Below, in pieces: positions 36,717-51,400 of a DNA stretch of 64,000 nt. Below the pieces are notes generated by a model that worked only from the letters and a program-made list of their open reading frames with translations, had not been told where the DNA came from and made no database searches. The DNA is from Paramecium tetraurelia (taxonomy: Eukaryota): positions 186,001 to 250,000 of the forward strand of contig CT867987.1 in assembly GCA_000165425.1 (NCBI GenBank), in the 5' to 3' direction. The translations under genes were made by a program, and so were the position numbers. The first letter of the stretch is position 1; each line of letters starts with the position of its first letter.

Positions 36717-39129
36717 ATGATGAAGAAAGGGGAAATAGAGCATGACGAGTATAAAAGACCACCTAACCTATTGAAAGCCAAAAAACATGGGATTGCCAAA
36801 AGGTTTGCAGCTCCAATGCCTTTTACTGATTTTGATAAGGGGAGTGTATGTCCATGTTGCGGATATCCATACAAAAACTAAATCCTTCCACTCTGCGTTT
36901 CTATATCTGAATTCAGTTTCATCGGATCAGGGATAGTTCTGTACTTCGATTTTGTGATTTACTCACAAATTATTTTACTAATCTACATGTTAGTGTAATA
37001 CAATATATAGATCAATAGTAGGAGTGTACACATTTTATGATAATAGTTAAGGGTTCAGATGCTAGATTGAAAACAAAGGGACAGCTTCAGGATGCGAAGA
37101 AGATATCTACAATAAGTTTTCAAGATCTAATGTGTATAAGTAATGAGCATCTAAATAATTAAGAGAGTTAGATGTTGTGGCTAGTTACTTAAATTTTGCA
37201 GCAATCATTTTATTGATAATTTCTAATTTGATCTACCGTAGACATATTAATAAAATTTGTTTGGAGATTGATGATGCAGAAATTGAGGCATCTGATTACT
37301 CAATTATGATCTATAATGCTCCAAAAAATTGTAAAAAAGAAGACATTAGATCTTACTTTTTGTAAGAGGAAGGCATGGAGGAGTTGGAATTGAGAAAGAT
37401 TTGTATGGCTTATGAAGTGAAGCCTTTTTTGTAATTAAAAATAGAATTGGAGGAACAATAAGCAGAATTATCGCATGTTTTGGATTTGGAACGATAAAAG
37501 AAGAAGTCTTCTAAATCAAAAGCTGAAATCCTTTTGAAAATTAAGGATATTCATGAAAAATTTGATTATGTAGAGAAGTACAAGGAAATTATTTTCAGAT
37601 TTACTGGAGTTATCTTTTTATCCTTCAATTATGAAAAGCATGCTGATTAAGTTTGCGATCAATTTCAATAGACCAAATTTTAATTGTTATTAGAGCAACT
37701 CAATTTGAAGAAATACTAGAATCGAAAGTTCCTTGGAAATTCAGTGATAGTTAGAAAGGCACCTTTGCCTGGTGATGTGCTATGGGAAAATCTGGGCATC
37801 GAAATCAAAGAACAATATAAACGAATAGTAACTACAAATGTTGTAACAGCAGCTCTATTGGCTGTAGGATTTGCCATGATATTTGGACTATCTTATATGT
37901 AAGAATACATCAACGCTTAAGTGAATTACGATCCTACTACGACTGCTGTGATTATCAATTTTCTAGGGTTCTTGGCCTCACTCATCATTTCCTTTATAAA
38001 CAGTGTTTTATCATCTACCATTATAAAATTAATCATCAGAGAATAGCATTCAACTAAAACTGAATATGACATTAGTATAGCTAAGAAGATAGGTTTGGCT
38101 GAGTTTATCAATGTAGCAATCCTAACTCTTTTGGTTAACATCTTGATCAAAGGGTAAAACGAAACAACGATAAATACTATGTATCAAAAAGGAGGTTTGA
38201 ATTCAGATGTGATGTGGATCTTTATGACAGATTCCTTTATGCCTTGGTTTCTGTTCATCGTTGACTTCGAACATATAAAGAAGTTATACATACGTCGACA
38301 GATCAAACAATTGGGGTCCAGTTGTAAACTAACACAAAAGGAAGCTAATGAGTACATTCATCATCTTAAAGAAGAGCATTTGAGGGTCCCATGATTAATT
38401 TGGCCGAGAAGTATCCTGCAATAGCTAAGACTTTATTGATGGCTCTTTTCTACGCTCCTTTGTTGCCAGCATGTTCATTTTTTGCACTTGCGAGTATTAT
38501 GGGAATCTACTGGATTGAGAAGATCTTACTATTGAGAAGAGATTCAAAACCCTTGCCTACAGGCAGTGATATGGCCTAAGCCATGGTTGAATTCTATATA
38601 GATCTAGTGATTCTTATCTACAGTGTAATGATTGCTTATTAAAGATTTAGTTAGGCAATTGTGTTTGGGAATACACTATATTTAAGACAATGCATTGGTC
38701 AACATGGATTTCTTTTATTATTTGTTCCATCTTTTATTTGCTTCCCAAAGAACGAGTCCTAGAATTCATTTTGAAGATAGGAATAGATAATGCCACCGAA
38801 GAGTCATATGATGCGAGGAGTCCCACGTTCTTGGATGATTATGATAGAAGAAATCCAGTTACTGCAGAGGAAGCCAAAAGAATTTGGATAGAAAATTAAC
38901 AACAACAAAATTCTGAAATGAATCAAATTAATTAGCTGTACTATTTTTATATATTTAGGTTAGTATGTCTGCCAAGCAACTTGACATTTCAATCTATCGT
39001 TATCATTATAACATTATGCAATAATAATCCAGGTAGCAGATTTTGATGACTAATCACAAGTCATTTTCGAAAGTTCATCCAGAGTTCAAGACAGAAAATA
39101 ATTATAATCTGAAAAAGCTATAATATTGA
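36717..39129 (+). CDS. CSC1/OSCA/TMEM63-like membrane channel
   Basis: GSGIVLYFDF first TM, ASDYSIMIYNAPK and FTGVIFLSF (cytosolic RRM-like domain), APLPGDVLWENL, multiple TMs, FYAPLLP..YWIEKILLLRR. The 3' end depends on the acceptor chosen (39046 or 39129). Confidence 0.8.
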
Positions 39130-39137
39130 TTAAATTA

Positions 39138-42100
39138 ATGAATACTATAATAATTAAACGAAAATTATGTACTTTATATGAGATCATCAGGGAATAGAAA
39201 TAATAGACCTACTTAAATCCTGACTTTGTTTGGCTCATGTACACAGGAACCAGATTTAGTCTCATATTGAGATTGGATCAATTTAATGAGAAAGAGTATC
39301 AAGTATTTAATTCCAATAACGATTAGGACCAAGAATTGATCCTTGTCAAAAATATTATTAATTGGTCTCATTTATTAACTCCGATAAGTTAGATCCAACT
39401 AATCACCATTAAAAGTGTACTTGCTATTATTATAGCTGCTTTTCACATACTTTCTATCTTTATGATAGTGTTCGAGATTAAATAATCGAATTTCTTAAAC
39501 CAATACCAAAATATATTTTACACATATTTTCAAATTTTAATACTTTATCCCTCCTTCATACATATTTATCAAATTTAAGATCACAACCCTAATAATATTT
39601 TAGCCTGGTGTTGTACAATACCACTATTGATAAATTATATGATATTTTCGTATTTTTAACGAAATTACTTATTACCAATTCAAAACCCTTTTACAAAAAG
39701 ATATAGGATATAAAATTACTTACAGAATTTTATTGAAATCACAGTTCTTATTGCCATACCTTATTTCGAGGAAATCGTTCAAACCACTGTAATGATGCTC
39801 TTATTTCTACTTCAATTGATAGATGCCTTATTCAACTAGCCTTATTCAATGCAAATAAACCTTAATTATTGTTTTTGCTCTTCTATCTTGTTATTTGGTT
39901 CAGCAATAAAGTGTTTATCCGTCAGTTTTAGTTAAAAAGAATATCTATTTTACAGTTTTATGCTTGTCCCTCTTTTCGGTTTGCTAATGAAAAGAGTTTT
40001 GATTCTTACATACTCTACTAACCTAGAATAGAATAAGCTCTCCAAACAATTAATATTTCAAATTGCAGATGAATTCTACTCTATGAATCCCATAACATAA
40101 AACAAGATATTATTCATCCTTAAAAACAAATACAAAATTATGGCAAATAAACAGGCAACAGAAAAATGGCAAAATCATTACATCTTTATACTGTTATTAA
40201 GATTATATGACACTTATTCTTAATAATAGAAAACTAGTGAAGAGGAATTACAATTATATATAATATTCTTCATATTTTAGACACAAGAAAAACTGAACTT
40301 GTCTTATATCCAATTGAAACAACATCAGATGTAATCATCCCATTAGTCTGTATATTTTTAAATCATCAAAATATATTGCTCTAATTTAATACTACACAAA
40401 ATAAATTAAGATTTAAAATCTTCTTAGGGGAGATTAGATATATCATCAGTAAAATAAAGTCACTCATTAGTTGAGAAATCCATGCCTTTAATAATAGAAA
40501 TACTAATTTTAAAGAATAAGTTTTTGGACTCCTTATCTATTGGCTATGATAGAATAGGGCAATTGTCTTAGAAATGCATCAACTTAAGTGGTAAGATAGT
40601 TGAATTGAAAAATCTTGTATTTGAAGATATGGAAATAGATATTCTTGTAATTTAAAAGCAAATAATTAAATTAAATATTCTTGATTTACGCTTACTATCT
40701 TTAGTTTTTGGATCTGTGTTGAATGATTATCATATAACATTTCAAATTGAACAAAGGATAGAGGATTTACTCAACCAAGAACGTAATGTGTTATCTCGAG
40801 ACATTTAGAATACATCTTTATTGAATGATGATGTTATCATTTTGCAGATAAGCATGATGAAAACTCAAGGATTGATATTAAATAAGGACAAGACTAAAAT
40901 TTTGAAATATTTTAAATTTCCAAATGACGAATCCTTTAAATCGATTTCTCAATTGAATCAGCTCCTACCAGAATATTTGGTAGCCAAACATGATAGATTC
41001 TTAAAGGAATTTCTGACTACAGGAGAGTCAAAGTTATTTAATACAAGTCATGATGTATTTCCATCCTATTACTCAGGTTTCTCATTTTTGGTCACCTTAT
41101 AATTGATACCCTCCTATGATGAAATGGATGATTATATCTTATCAGCTATTCTTAAGAAGAGTTATGAAAATAGTGATTTTATAATATTTGATGAGTCTGG
41201 TAAAATATTGGGATTGTCAGATTAAATGCTTTAATTATTAGTTTACAGTGATTCCGACTTCAGTAAGTCTTTATTAAATTCCTATATTTACTTTTGGTTC
41301 AAAGATTTGCTAATGATAATTAATTAATAAATGGAATCTATGCTGGATTATACTTAATAATTTACATTATATTCATAGGCAGCTTAGATTCAACCCATTA
41401 CAAATTTGTAAGAATTAATATAATGTCATGATTTATATTATAAACAGCAATTCCTTAAAAGCAATAGGACAGAATAAGATTAATAAAATGAATAAAAGCA
41501 AACGTTGAAGGTATCATGTTATTAGATAAATTATGTTATTGAGATGTATGATTTCATAAATGAGAATATATCAAAATTTACTTAAAATTAAATTGGATTC
41601 TAAGTGACATTTAATTTGCAATTCTAAAAAATGTAAGGATAACATCCTCTTTTTATTTTACAAGTCACTGAATTCGTTGAAAAACAATTAAAATTTATTA
41701 ATCCTAAAAGCATAGGAACAATCAGCCCATATAGCTCAATTAGTAAAATAAGATCCCCTCCATAACAAAGTGATCTCAATTCTTTGAGTAACGAAGACAT
41801 GGATGAATTACATCAAGAATTAGTGATCAACCAAACAATTATCAATAAATTAATACTAAGATAAGAGAGGGAAGATGCTAGAGTCTTCATTTAGAATGGC
41901 CAGGACGGAGAACATTTTTAAGCCATGATGGAGAAAGAAAACAGGGAAAGCAACTTGATATCTCCAAGGTCTCATAGAGAAATCTTAATGCAAAAAGGAC
42001 TTATTGAGGATGACTCTGAAGATATCAAAGGAAATGAATCTAATGTCATCAAGAGTAGTTCATAAAGAGAGAACATACAATTGGGTAATAAATAGGCTGA

Positions 42101-44128
42101 ATTCCAAATAGAAAATTAGTCAAGATCTAGTGCAACTTCAGACAGAACTTAAAATTCGGTCTATCATTTAATCAGAAATTTATAGTACAAAATTACATAT
42201 TAAACAGGTATAGTTAAAGCTATTTGCAATACTATTTGTCTTTCTGCATTTCTAATAATTTTGGTTGGCGTTTAATTAAATGTTGAAAGGAACAATTCAG
42301 ATGAATTATAATATAGAATCCCTCTGGTCAGATTGCCTTAAAGATTTAATAGATTATATTGTACATTTACAGCAATAGGCTAATTATAGTTGCAGAATAA
42401 ATTATTGAATGTATCATATGGAGAATATTATGAATATCGAATTCGAAATGAAAGTGCTCAAAAAAGAAATGAAATTTAAAGTTTAATATCAGATCTCAAG
42501 GATTAATTCTCCCATTTGTAATTGCCTCCATTAACAATCAGAATCATCAATGAATACATTTATCAATTGGACAATACGACTATGCTTTAATTTGATATTA
42601 TTGCTAATGAATATACTTCTCAGATTAACCAATATCTTCAAATGTAAGACTAGACTTTAGAAGATGTTTTCAAGATCGCAACACTATTAGAATTCCTTAA
42701 AGGAAATATAATTGCCTAATTAAAGATAACTATTAATGTGGTAGATGAAATTGAGCGAGAATTCTTTGATTTTATTGATTATTCTTCAATAGAATAATTG
42801 GTCTTTTTAACTGTTATGTTATTGATCATACTTATTTTCCTCATTATTCAATTACATCAGTGGCAACAACCATACAAATATATGCAAGTTGTATTATTGT
42901 TAATCAGTAAAATATCCGATAAAGACATCGAATTAACAATTTCCAAGACTTTATACTTACTTGATAGAATAATAAGTAATCCTTATCAAACTAAAAGTAT
43001 CAATTATTTTAGAGATTGTTTTTGGTATTCTAAGAAAATTTACAGTTTTTAGAGTGTAAGAAAATCATCCGAGTATTCAAAAAATAATTAAAATGGGAAG
43101 AATGTGTAATAAAAACAGAAAAAGTCATCTAGAATTTAAGATACATCCCTAAGTATTTTGAACATCAAGATAATTTTACTTTTAATTTGGTTGTGCTTAT
43201 CAGGATTTGCATTTTCCGCATATATCATTATGAATTAAAACATGAATGCCAGCCTACCAGAATTGAGATTAACTATGGAATTTGTGAAATTCAAATAAGA
43301 TCTTGATGGTATTATGATCATATGCTTTTTGCTTAAAAATTAATAGAGCTTAATAGAGTAAACACTTTAGGCTTTTGCTTTTAATCCGGAGTTGAATACT
43401 AGAGATAAATACTTTTAAACATAATATCAAGAATTAATAGAAGAGTTTAATCCTTTACTTGTAGAGATGGATGAAATTTATTCACGTATTTATGGTGATA
43501 TTGTTGCATCAACTAAAATTAGTGATGACAATAAGAATCTCTTGCTGAATCTCTATGAAAAAGACCTGTGTCAAATTATTCCATCTATTCTTCCATTTTG
43601 TGCATATGAAAATGGGGTTTTTTTATATTTTCCAACTTACCCTTCTACTTCATCATTATTTAATAACTAATAAACCTATAAGTATGGTATTAATGGAATC
43701 TATTAATAGTAACATATTAAAATATCTTTAGAATAATCTCCATTCTCAATACCCATTACAATTTAGAAAAAAACGGAATCATAGACACGAATTTGACAGA
43801 AGCTAATCTTTTTTTAGAGAACTCTGAATTTATCCAAATCATCCTTCCGTATTTCTTTGATTTAAGCTATGCAATACTTGAGTTCTATTATACGATCATC
43901 TACTCAACTTTGGATATCTTGGAAAGCGATTATGAAATGATTTTCGAATTTTATATGGCCGCAGGTATAGGTTGTCTAATAATCTTGTATTCTGTCACTC
44001 TAATAAGAGCTATAACACTCCAGAGAAAGGTTAGATTGGTTCTTTAAGCAATAATACTTATCCCATAAGAGTCATTAATTGATTAAGCCATAATTATGAC
44101 AATAAGAAAAATTGATAGAACTTTATGA
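39138..44128 (+). CDS. Giant multi-TM PAS-domain protein (TmcB/TmcC-like), copy A, about 1655 aa
   Basis: N-terminal multi-TM block, helical region, PAS-like NQLLPEYLVAKHDRFLKEFLTTGES, FIIFDESGKILGLS, Ser-rich linker, then four further TMs around two large loops. Track ORFs 40821, 42798 and 43467 share one frame; a 23-nt intron near 43709-43731 links to ORF 43793. Confidence 0.8.
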
Positions 44129-44233
44129 TGTTTATTTATACAAAAAACTTAAACTTTTTTTTTTAATAATAGATATTTCATTATTATTTCTAGATAACAC
44201 AAAATTACAAATAATAACAGAAATATTATTTTA

Positions 44234-46617
44234 TCATTATTTTTTAAATAATTATGAGTATCTAATAGGACTTTTCATTTAAATTGAATTTAACTTTTTT
44301 TTTAAATTTGCCAATTCTACCATGGATGTAACGTTTTTGGTTGATTATCCCTTAGTACTAAGGTATTAAGTTGATCCTGCCAAATCTGTAATTACATCCC
44401 TTAGTTAAGGGCTTTACGGATGGATATTAGGTTTCATTTATGCAGATACAGAGATTGGTCTCCTCTTTCTAAGTTAACTCTAAGCCGTTTCCTGTTATTT
44501 TTGATTTTCATCCATGATAACTTTAATGGCCTATTGAGATAGTGAAAAATGGAATTACATTCAAATTAGTTTAGATCATTTTTCTGAGTATTTAATCCTC
44601 TTTTGGCTACTCTTTCTCTCCTTCCTTCTTATCACTTATTAAGTGATACAATTTCATTAATTAGGATTCCTCCTCTAAATGCTATAGTTTTTTCTTGATT
44701 TATTTAAATCCTAATGTATTACTGTGTTTTAAGAAGATCTTTCTTAAGGGAGTTTGTTTTTTTTATTTTGGTTTTTGCATTTACTCAAATAGCTTTTATT
44801 TCTATTTCTTTCTTTTCAAATGTTCTTATGCCTCCAAATAACCTGAAATTAATTAAAATTCTGTTTTAATTTGATTGTTTAATTACTTTAAGGAATCAGC
44901 CTCCTTAGGTTCAGTAATAGCATTTCTACTAAATTACTTTTTAAACATAAGTACAGCTTTTCCCAACTCATAATCCTATTATTGTCTTTGGTTTTCACTT
45001 ATTTCATCTTCACAAGTCCTTTGGATATCAGATAACATAAAAAATGGTTTCTCTTATTTCAATTAATTCACGATAACACCAGCTAACTCTTAGTCGAGTT
45101 TTGGATAATCTGATTACTCAGTCTTGCAATATTGTGAAAAATCTGTAGGTCTTGTTTTTCTGGAAAATGAAGACAACGAATTTTATTTCAATAATTTTGT
45201 TTCACTTTCAACCTGTATGAATTTTCTCGAATATTATTATTCAACACCATCCTAAGTTGTAAATGACTAATATTATTTGGAAAGTTGTTGGGTAGTGGTT
45301 TCTCTTTCAGTTCTACTACCTTTTGGAACTGAGTAAAGTAAATAGGGTTGAGAAGACTAAGGAGATTTCAAATTTAATTTGAAAAATTGTTAGCGATGAA
45401 GCTTTTAGTGGTGAAATTTTAAAAAGAACTTTTCATTTAATAATTAAATGTAGTCTTCTTTGATTTGAGCAGATATAGCCTTCATTTCAGCTTAGTTATT
45501 GTCACAAAAAGATGAAAAAATAATATGTCGTATCTCACATTCCGCTAGGATGACTTCAAAATATTTTTAGATGTCTTATGCTCGACTAAAAATCAAAATA
45601 TGCAATTGATGTTCATCCTCTAGTCTCAATACTTCACTACATAACCATTATGATAAATGTATGCATTCTTTCATTTGTGAATATTCAGACAAATACTCAT
45701 AACATAAGGATTCTAGATATAGAATTAAAATGATTTTCATTATGTATTGTTGTACTGGTTTTAAATCATTGTCATCAATCACATTTGGAGTATTATTCTT
45801 TTTTAGAATTGTAAATATCAAATCCTATAAAATTTTTAAAGCCAGATCATATTGTTACAAAGAGAGTCTGAATTCTCGTAACTGAAGGTACGATTGACCT
45901 GAGTTTTAATAATGTTCAATTTAAACCTTCATGATCTCAAGATTTTTTCGTTTATGGAATTCTTTAATTGATAAAATATGGTCAACTTTAAACATCATTC
46001 TCAAACTATTCGGTATTTCATTCGTAGATTTAAATATCTTAGCATAAATTATCAATTGCTTTAATAATAACACCCAGCATTCATTTATATAAAACTTTAC
46101 TATTAATTTAAAGATTCATTAATACTTTTATCCTTTTCTTTCAACCGATTCAATTGAGTAGCCTTTATTAAATTGCCTGGTATACATATCGTCTGTCTAA
46201 TTCTTTATCTCAATCTGCTGAGTCCAATCCTTTATTCAAGCTAGGCAGAGTTCAACTCCTCATATTACACTATTCCCTTCTCATTTTTCAATTTTCTTTA
46301 CACATTAATATATAAAACAGCTATGTATAAATTGCTTCTATCAAGCAATAAATCCACTTTTGATATGTTATCTCTTTGTATGTATTCTATTAATAAATTT
46401 TATGATGCTTTCAACAGTCTTCTGCTAATCTAAATATTTAATGAAGCATCATCATTTTAAGAATAACTCATAAAATGCTTATCTAACAATAAAATAACTT
46501 TCCTATTGCCATTCTTTTATGTTAATTTTAAAATACCTTCTTCAACATGGATGTTGCATCATTTAAGATATTTTGAATCGAGTATTATTTCTTGACTGTG
46601 GGACTAACAAAATCCAT
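44234..46617 (-). CDS. Hypothetical protein, helical-repeat (TPR-like) N-half and low-complexity C-half
   Basis: Long code-6 frame from MDFVSPTVKK with 23-nt and 26-nt introns; ends SPIRYSQLFKKQ-TGA at 44234. Confidence 0.6.
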
Positions 46618-48869
46618 TTATATTTAATAATAATTTATAATATTCAACGTCGTAATATGTTTCTGTTAATATATATTGGTTTTGTCCATGCTTTGCATTG
46701 TGAGATGCTTCAGTTCTGACATGCAATTTTCATAGAAGCATCGATCATTAGAAATCCTTTGACATTTTCTGCAATACTGAGTCCTAAGAGTTATTGGAGA
46801 TATTAATATTTTTATAAGATATAAAGCACATCGAAAACTTAATTATAAGCATTAGAGACATTTAAATCTGTATTCTAACCCAAAAGTCTAGTAAAATCTA
46901 AATCAAAATTACTCTTGATCTACAAATCAAACCTCAATCCCAGAGATTGTTTTTAATTAAAAATTAATTTTAGATTTTTATACCTAAACACGTCATTATC
47001 TAAACAATGGGATCTGAAAGTAGTTTCTTCTTACTCTTTTAATAGATACGTATATCTCTCTTTGCTATTTAATATTTAGAGAAATAATTGTTATTATTAA
47101 TTACATTACAGTTATATCTTTGCTAATAAAGTTTTAACAATTGATACTTAAATATTCACAAATATCTAAGAGTTATAAAATTTGCAGAGGAGATTAACAA
47201 CTTTAGAATTAATTCCAATCAAAATATATAATTAGTCAATCATGCTAAAATGTTATTGTTATTCAATTCATTAAAATATTATTAATTGAATAAAACATGA
47301 ATCTAAGCATTTCTAATTTAAGCAATTATCTTAAGGTAAGATGTTTCAATAATAATTATCTAGTATATCTATAAGTACTTCTGAATTGATTGACTAATTG
47401 TTTCAATCTTTCTATATCTCTTATTAGATAATATAATTCTAAGCAAGTATTAGAATTCAATCCCTAACACTTTTCAAGTATAACCTAATGCCTATCTATT
47501 TTGACGAATCCCAGGTCTTTTTAAGTAAATTTCTGTGCCTCTCGATTCACCATTTTAGTTTATAAATAAACGAAAATTTCACTGTGAATTTCCTAAAGCT
47601 AGAAATTTTAGATTTTCTGTAGATTTCTAGCTTTTATACCAACATATTAAATTCACTATACAATATCTTAACTAAAACAGCCAATATTTCTAGAACGACA
47701 ATGAGGCTTCTTTATTTTAAAGTTGTTTATGATCAATATAATTCATCAACTGGTGGAGGATTCATTAATTCATTTATTCTCAGCCCACTAAATCTGTTTT
47801 GTCGGTGTACTTTCTAATTCATAATTTCTTAATAAATTTATATATTCATATTATATTATTCATAGTATCATTAAAATTTCTGATCAAATTAAAAATAGAT
47901 TGTTGCAGAATTTATTTTTAGAATTGCATAAATCCAACAAGTCAAAATTTCAAGTTTTCGAAATTTGAAATTAATTTGTTAATTAAACTCTTGAAATCGT
48001 TCAAACAGAAGTAAAATCATAAAAAGTAATGAACTTTAATTTACACAATCGATACTTAATTTAGTAATAAAGATGGTTTGCTTAACTTACAGCCAACCTT
48101 ATCTATCTTAAAGACAAGTAAATGATATGTAATCAGGATAAAGGTTTAATAATAGAAAAAAACCTATATGATTAATGAAACTATAATGAAAGTTAATACA
48201 AAATATTTTTCATTCTATGATCATAGTAGGAGTATTATTGATCATCCTTGTCTCAAAAAAAGATTAGGACACTCTGTGATGTAGTAACTTAGATGCATAC
48301 TCATTCAGTATTAGAGATTATGTTGACTCAGTTAAACATAAAATTGATAACATTTTTTTTTAAGTTTCTAATTTTTTCCTCCTCCAATACTCTTATTCTT
48401 TCTGAAGGGGATCTGTTTTTGTTCGGATTCCCAAATTATTGAGGTATTTTACTATTTCTATTTCAGTCTTCTTTTCTTCAGTATTGGTATATATTTCCAT
48501 AGAGTCATTCAAATCTCTATAATCCATTTAATTGGAAAGCTTTAAAATATCAAAAATTTAATCAGTTTTAAGAATTTTTGATTTCATCACAACAATATCA
48601 AAGGCAATTTAAAAAAAATATTTATGAATTATATAAAAGTTCCTCCCCTAAATACTAAATTTAATTTAAGATATTCTCAAATGCATACTAGAATATTCTG
48701 AATAATCAACTAATTCCTCAAAACTTCTTCCCTATTGTCTAAGTCGCATGAGGCAATATCATATGATGATATCAGTTATTGAAAAGATAGAAATTAATAT
48801 TGAATTAACTTGTTTTTTAATTATATTTATAAAAAGGATACTTTTAAATGATTAAAAAGAATAAATAAA

Positions 48870-50496
48870 TCAAATGCATCTTGATTGATACATGCAACAA
48901 TGTTCTTTAAAGGATGGAACCAAATTATTTTACTAATTCAACTTTTCAATTTTGTCATTCAACAAATTCTCATCATCATCATTTGAATCTACAAAAGTCT
49001 CTGAATTGACTTATTAATTATACTTTATCTGCTCAAAAAGAGAATTTGGATCTTACAATTATTTTACATAGGAGCTATTTTCATCTGAAAAATTGTTGAT
49101 AGTTTTCTTAATATCACACTCGCTATCCTTTATTTCAATTATTGTTCGTAAACTTGGAAATGCAATTTGATTAGGTATTAATTTCTAGACTTTCTTCTCT
49201 TTGTTGTTTATTAACCAAACATGTTTCAAAGCATCATTGAGACTTATTCTAAGGTTAGGATTTGGTTAAATCATTTGTTTGATCAAATCCAATTGATTAA
49301 TACTAAATAATTATGGATAATCATAAGACTCTTTCTATTTTATTATTAATTTCTCTTATTATACAATTAGTTACATTAAAGAAGTTGACTGCTCTAAAAA
49401 ATAATCTTAGTTGAATGCTTTTGTAAAATTGAAAAATGTGATTAAGCCTAAAACCATTCCTAATTAATAAATATCCGTTTATATTGATGGATTTATTCCT
49501 TGTTTGATTTCAGGGGCTATTAAATATCCTGGAGTAGATTAGAGGTACTTGAAAAGTGTACTTTAGTCATAAAACTAAAGTCATAATTTATTTTACTTTA
49601 TAATGCGAATTAATCAAATAGGTTCCAAATTAAATTTTCAAATTACTATAATAAAGGATGTTTTCAAAAGAGATTTTACCATGAAACAATTCTTCTTCTG
49701 ATAAAGACTTCAGGGCAAGCAGAATTGATATACAGATTGTGGCTATTTGATTTTAAGTTAAATATTATTTTTTAGATTAATTATAAAATTAATCAAGTGA
49801 ATTACCTTTAAAATATTTGCAAACTATAAATAGCATTTGTTTTTCTTCAAAAACGCCTAGTGTTTCAATATAATTATTTATAGAAGAATTTCTTAATATT
49901 TTTAAATAATTGTCAAGTAACTCTGCTTAGTCATAATTTTAAATGCTAGCTAAATTAATCACCTGTGAAGACATTAACTTCTTTTGCTTTTTGTGCTGTA
50001 TTTGATAAAAGTTTTAACATATCAATTCTACTACTTTAAATTTTTTATTGAAATTATTTCTCTTGCAAAATTTCTTTATGCAGTTATTCCATTATTTGAG
50101 AGATAGTGGATGAGAGAATATTAATACTAACTATCCAGTTTGATTAATAAGCTTTAAGAAATATGCTCTAAAATGGGACGATTAATATCTTTTCTTTTCG
50201 ATAAAACAATCATTTAAAACAAGGCAAAATTGATCATCATAAATCAATAAGCCTCTAAACTGTGAAATCTTCTTTTGTCCAAACCACTTATCTGCCCAAA
50301 TCGTTGCCACTCCTTCATGCTCTGGAACATGAATATTAAGGGACAATGTGTCCTTAGGAATCATTCTGATGTTCGATTTCATTTCTAGCATTTAAGAGTT
50401 TTTCATAATCCATTCAAGACTTGTTTAATTCTCCAAAGCAGCTAATCTGTCTAGCCTTTCACTTGAAGCTCTTGGCCGAATATTATTTTTAATCAT
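48870..50496 (-). CDS. PH-like + kinase-fold protein, probable pseudokinase
   Basis: C-lobe motifs STPGYLIAPE, TDIYQLG, DLIKQMIQPNPNLRISLNDALKHVW are present. The catalytic loop reads LFHGKISFENIL and the DFG position reads INSH. Small introns near 49780-49805 and 49575-49596. Confidence 0.72.
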
Positions 50497-51400
50497 TTAA
50501 TAAATAATCAAATTTTGTGTTTTAACATTTGATAAGTTTTTCAAATAATAGATATTTAAATAAGCTTCAAATAATTAAAATAACTCCCCGAGTAATTGAT
50601 AAATATACATCATAATTTGAATTTAAATACTCAAAAATTTTTAAGGGAATTAGTGAAAAAATCTAAAACAGTAAATATTTTTTTGAACTATTAAAATCGG
50701 ATAAATTTTTTCAATAATTTTTCAATGAAATTCCAAATTCTTAAAGTAATTTATGATTATGAATCAGAAGAAATAATCAAAAATGAAGGTAAATCTGATA
50801 ATTAGTTTAATAATATTTAGTTTATATTCGAAAATTATAATTTATACGAATAATTATATTTTCTCATCAAATTTTTTATATTCATTTTTTAAGACAATAT
50901 TCTCTCATCTTCATTATTTTTACTAATTGATAGAAATATGATGTTTAAATCTAAATTAATCAGTTTGTTTTTACTATTATTGATAATTTATATAAAACTT
51001 GTAAAAAAATTTAATCAAAACAAGTTTTCACTTTTTGAATATATTCAGGTTTGATAATATTATGATTTACTGAAGTCCTTTATGTATAAATTCCATTAGA
51101 AATATCATATAAATTTATATTTTGAAGCATCCCTTTTTTAATAAATCTTTGGTGTAAAAGCTATAATAGATAATTTTAGTAAAATTCTATCATCATAAAT
51201 TTTTAGAAAGTGAGAAATATGAGTAACAATTCTTATTCAATCTAAACTATTATTTATAAATAGTTGATTTGAATAATATCTTGAATATTCGATATCGCAA
51301 TGAAATTGTGGAATCTCTTTAATTAAGGAAAAAATTTTCGAATACAATTGTTAACTGGTATAAATAATATTATATATTTATATGTATTTGGGTATAATTA

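Noticed and set aside
50725..51054. 110-codon plus-strand code-6 ORF
   Set aside because: Extremely AT-rich F/I/L/N/K composition, as expected for a chance ORF.
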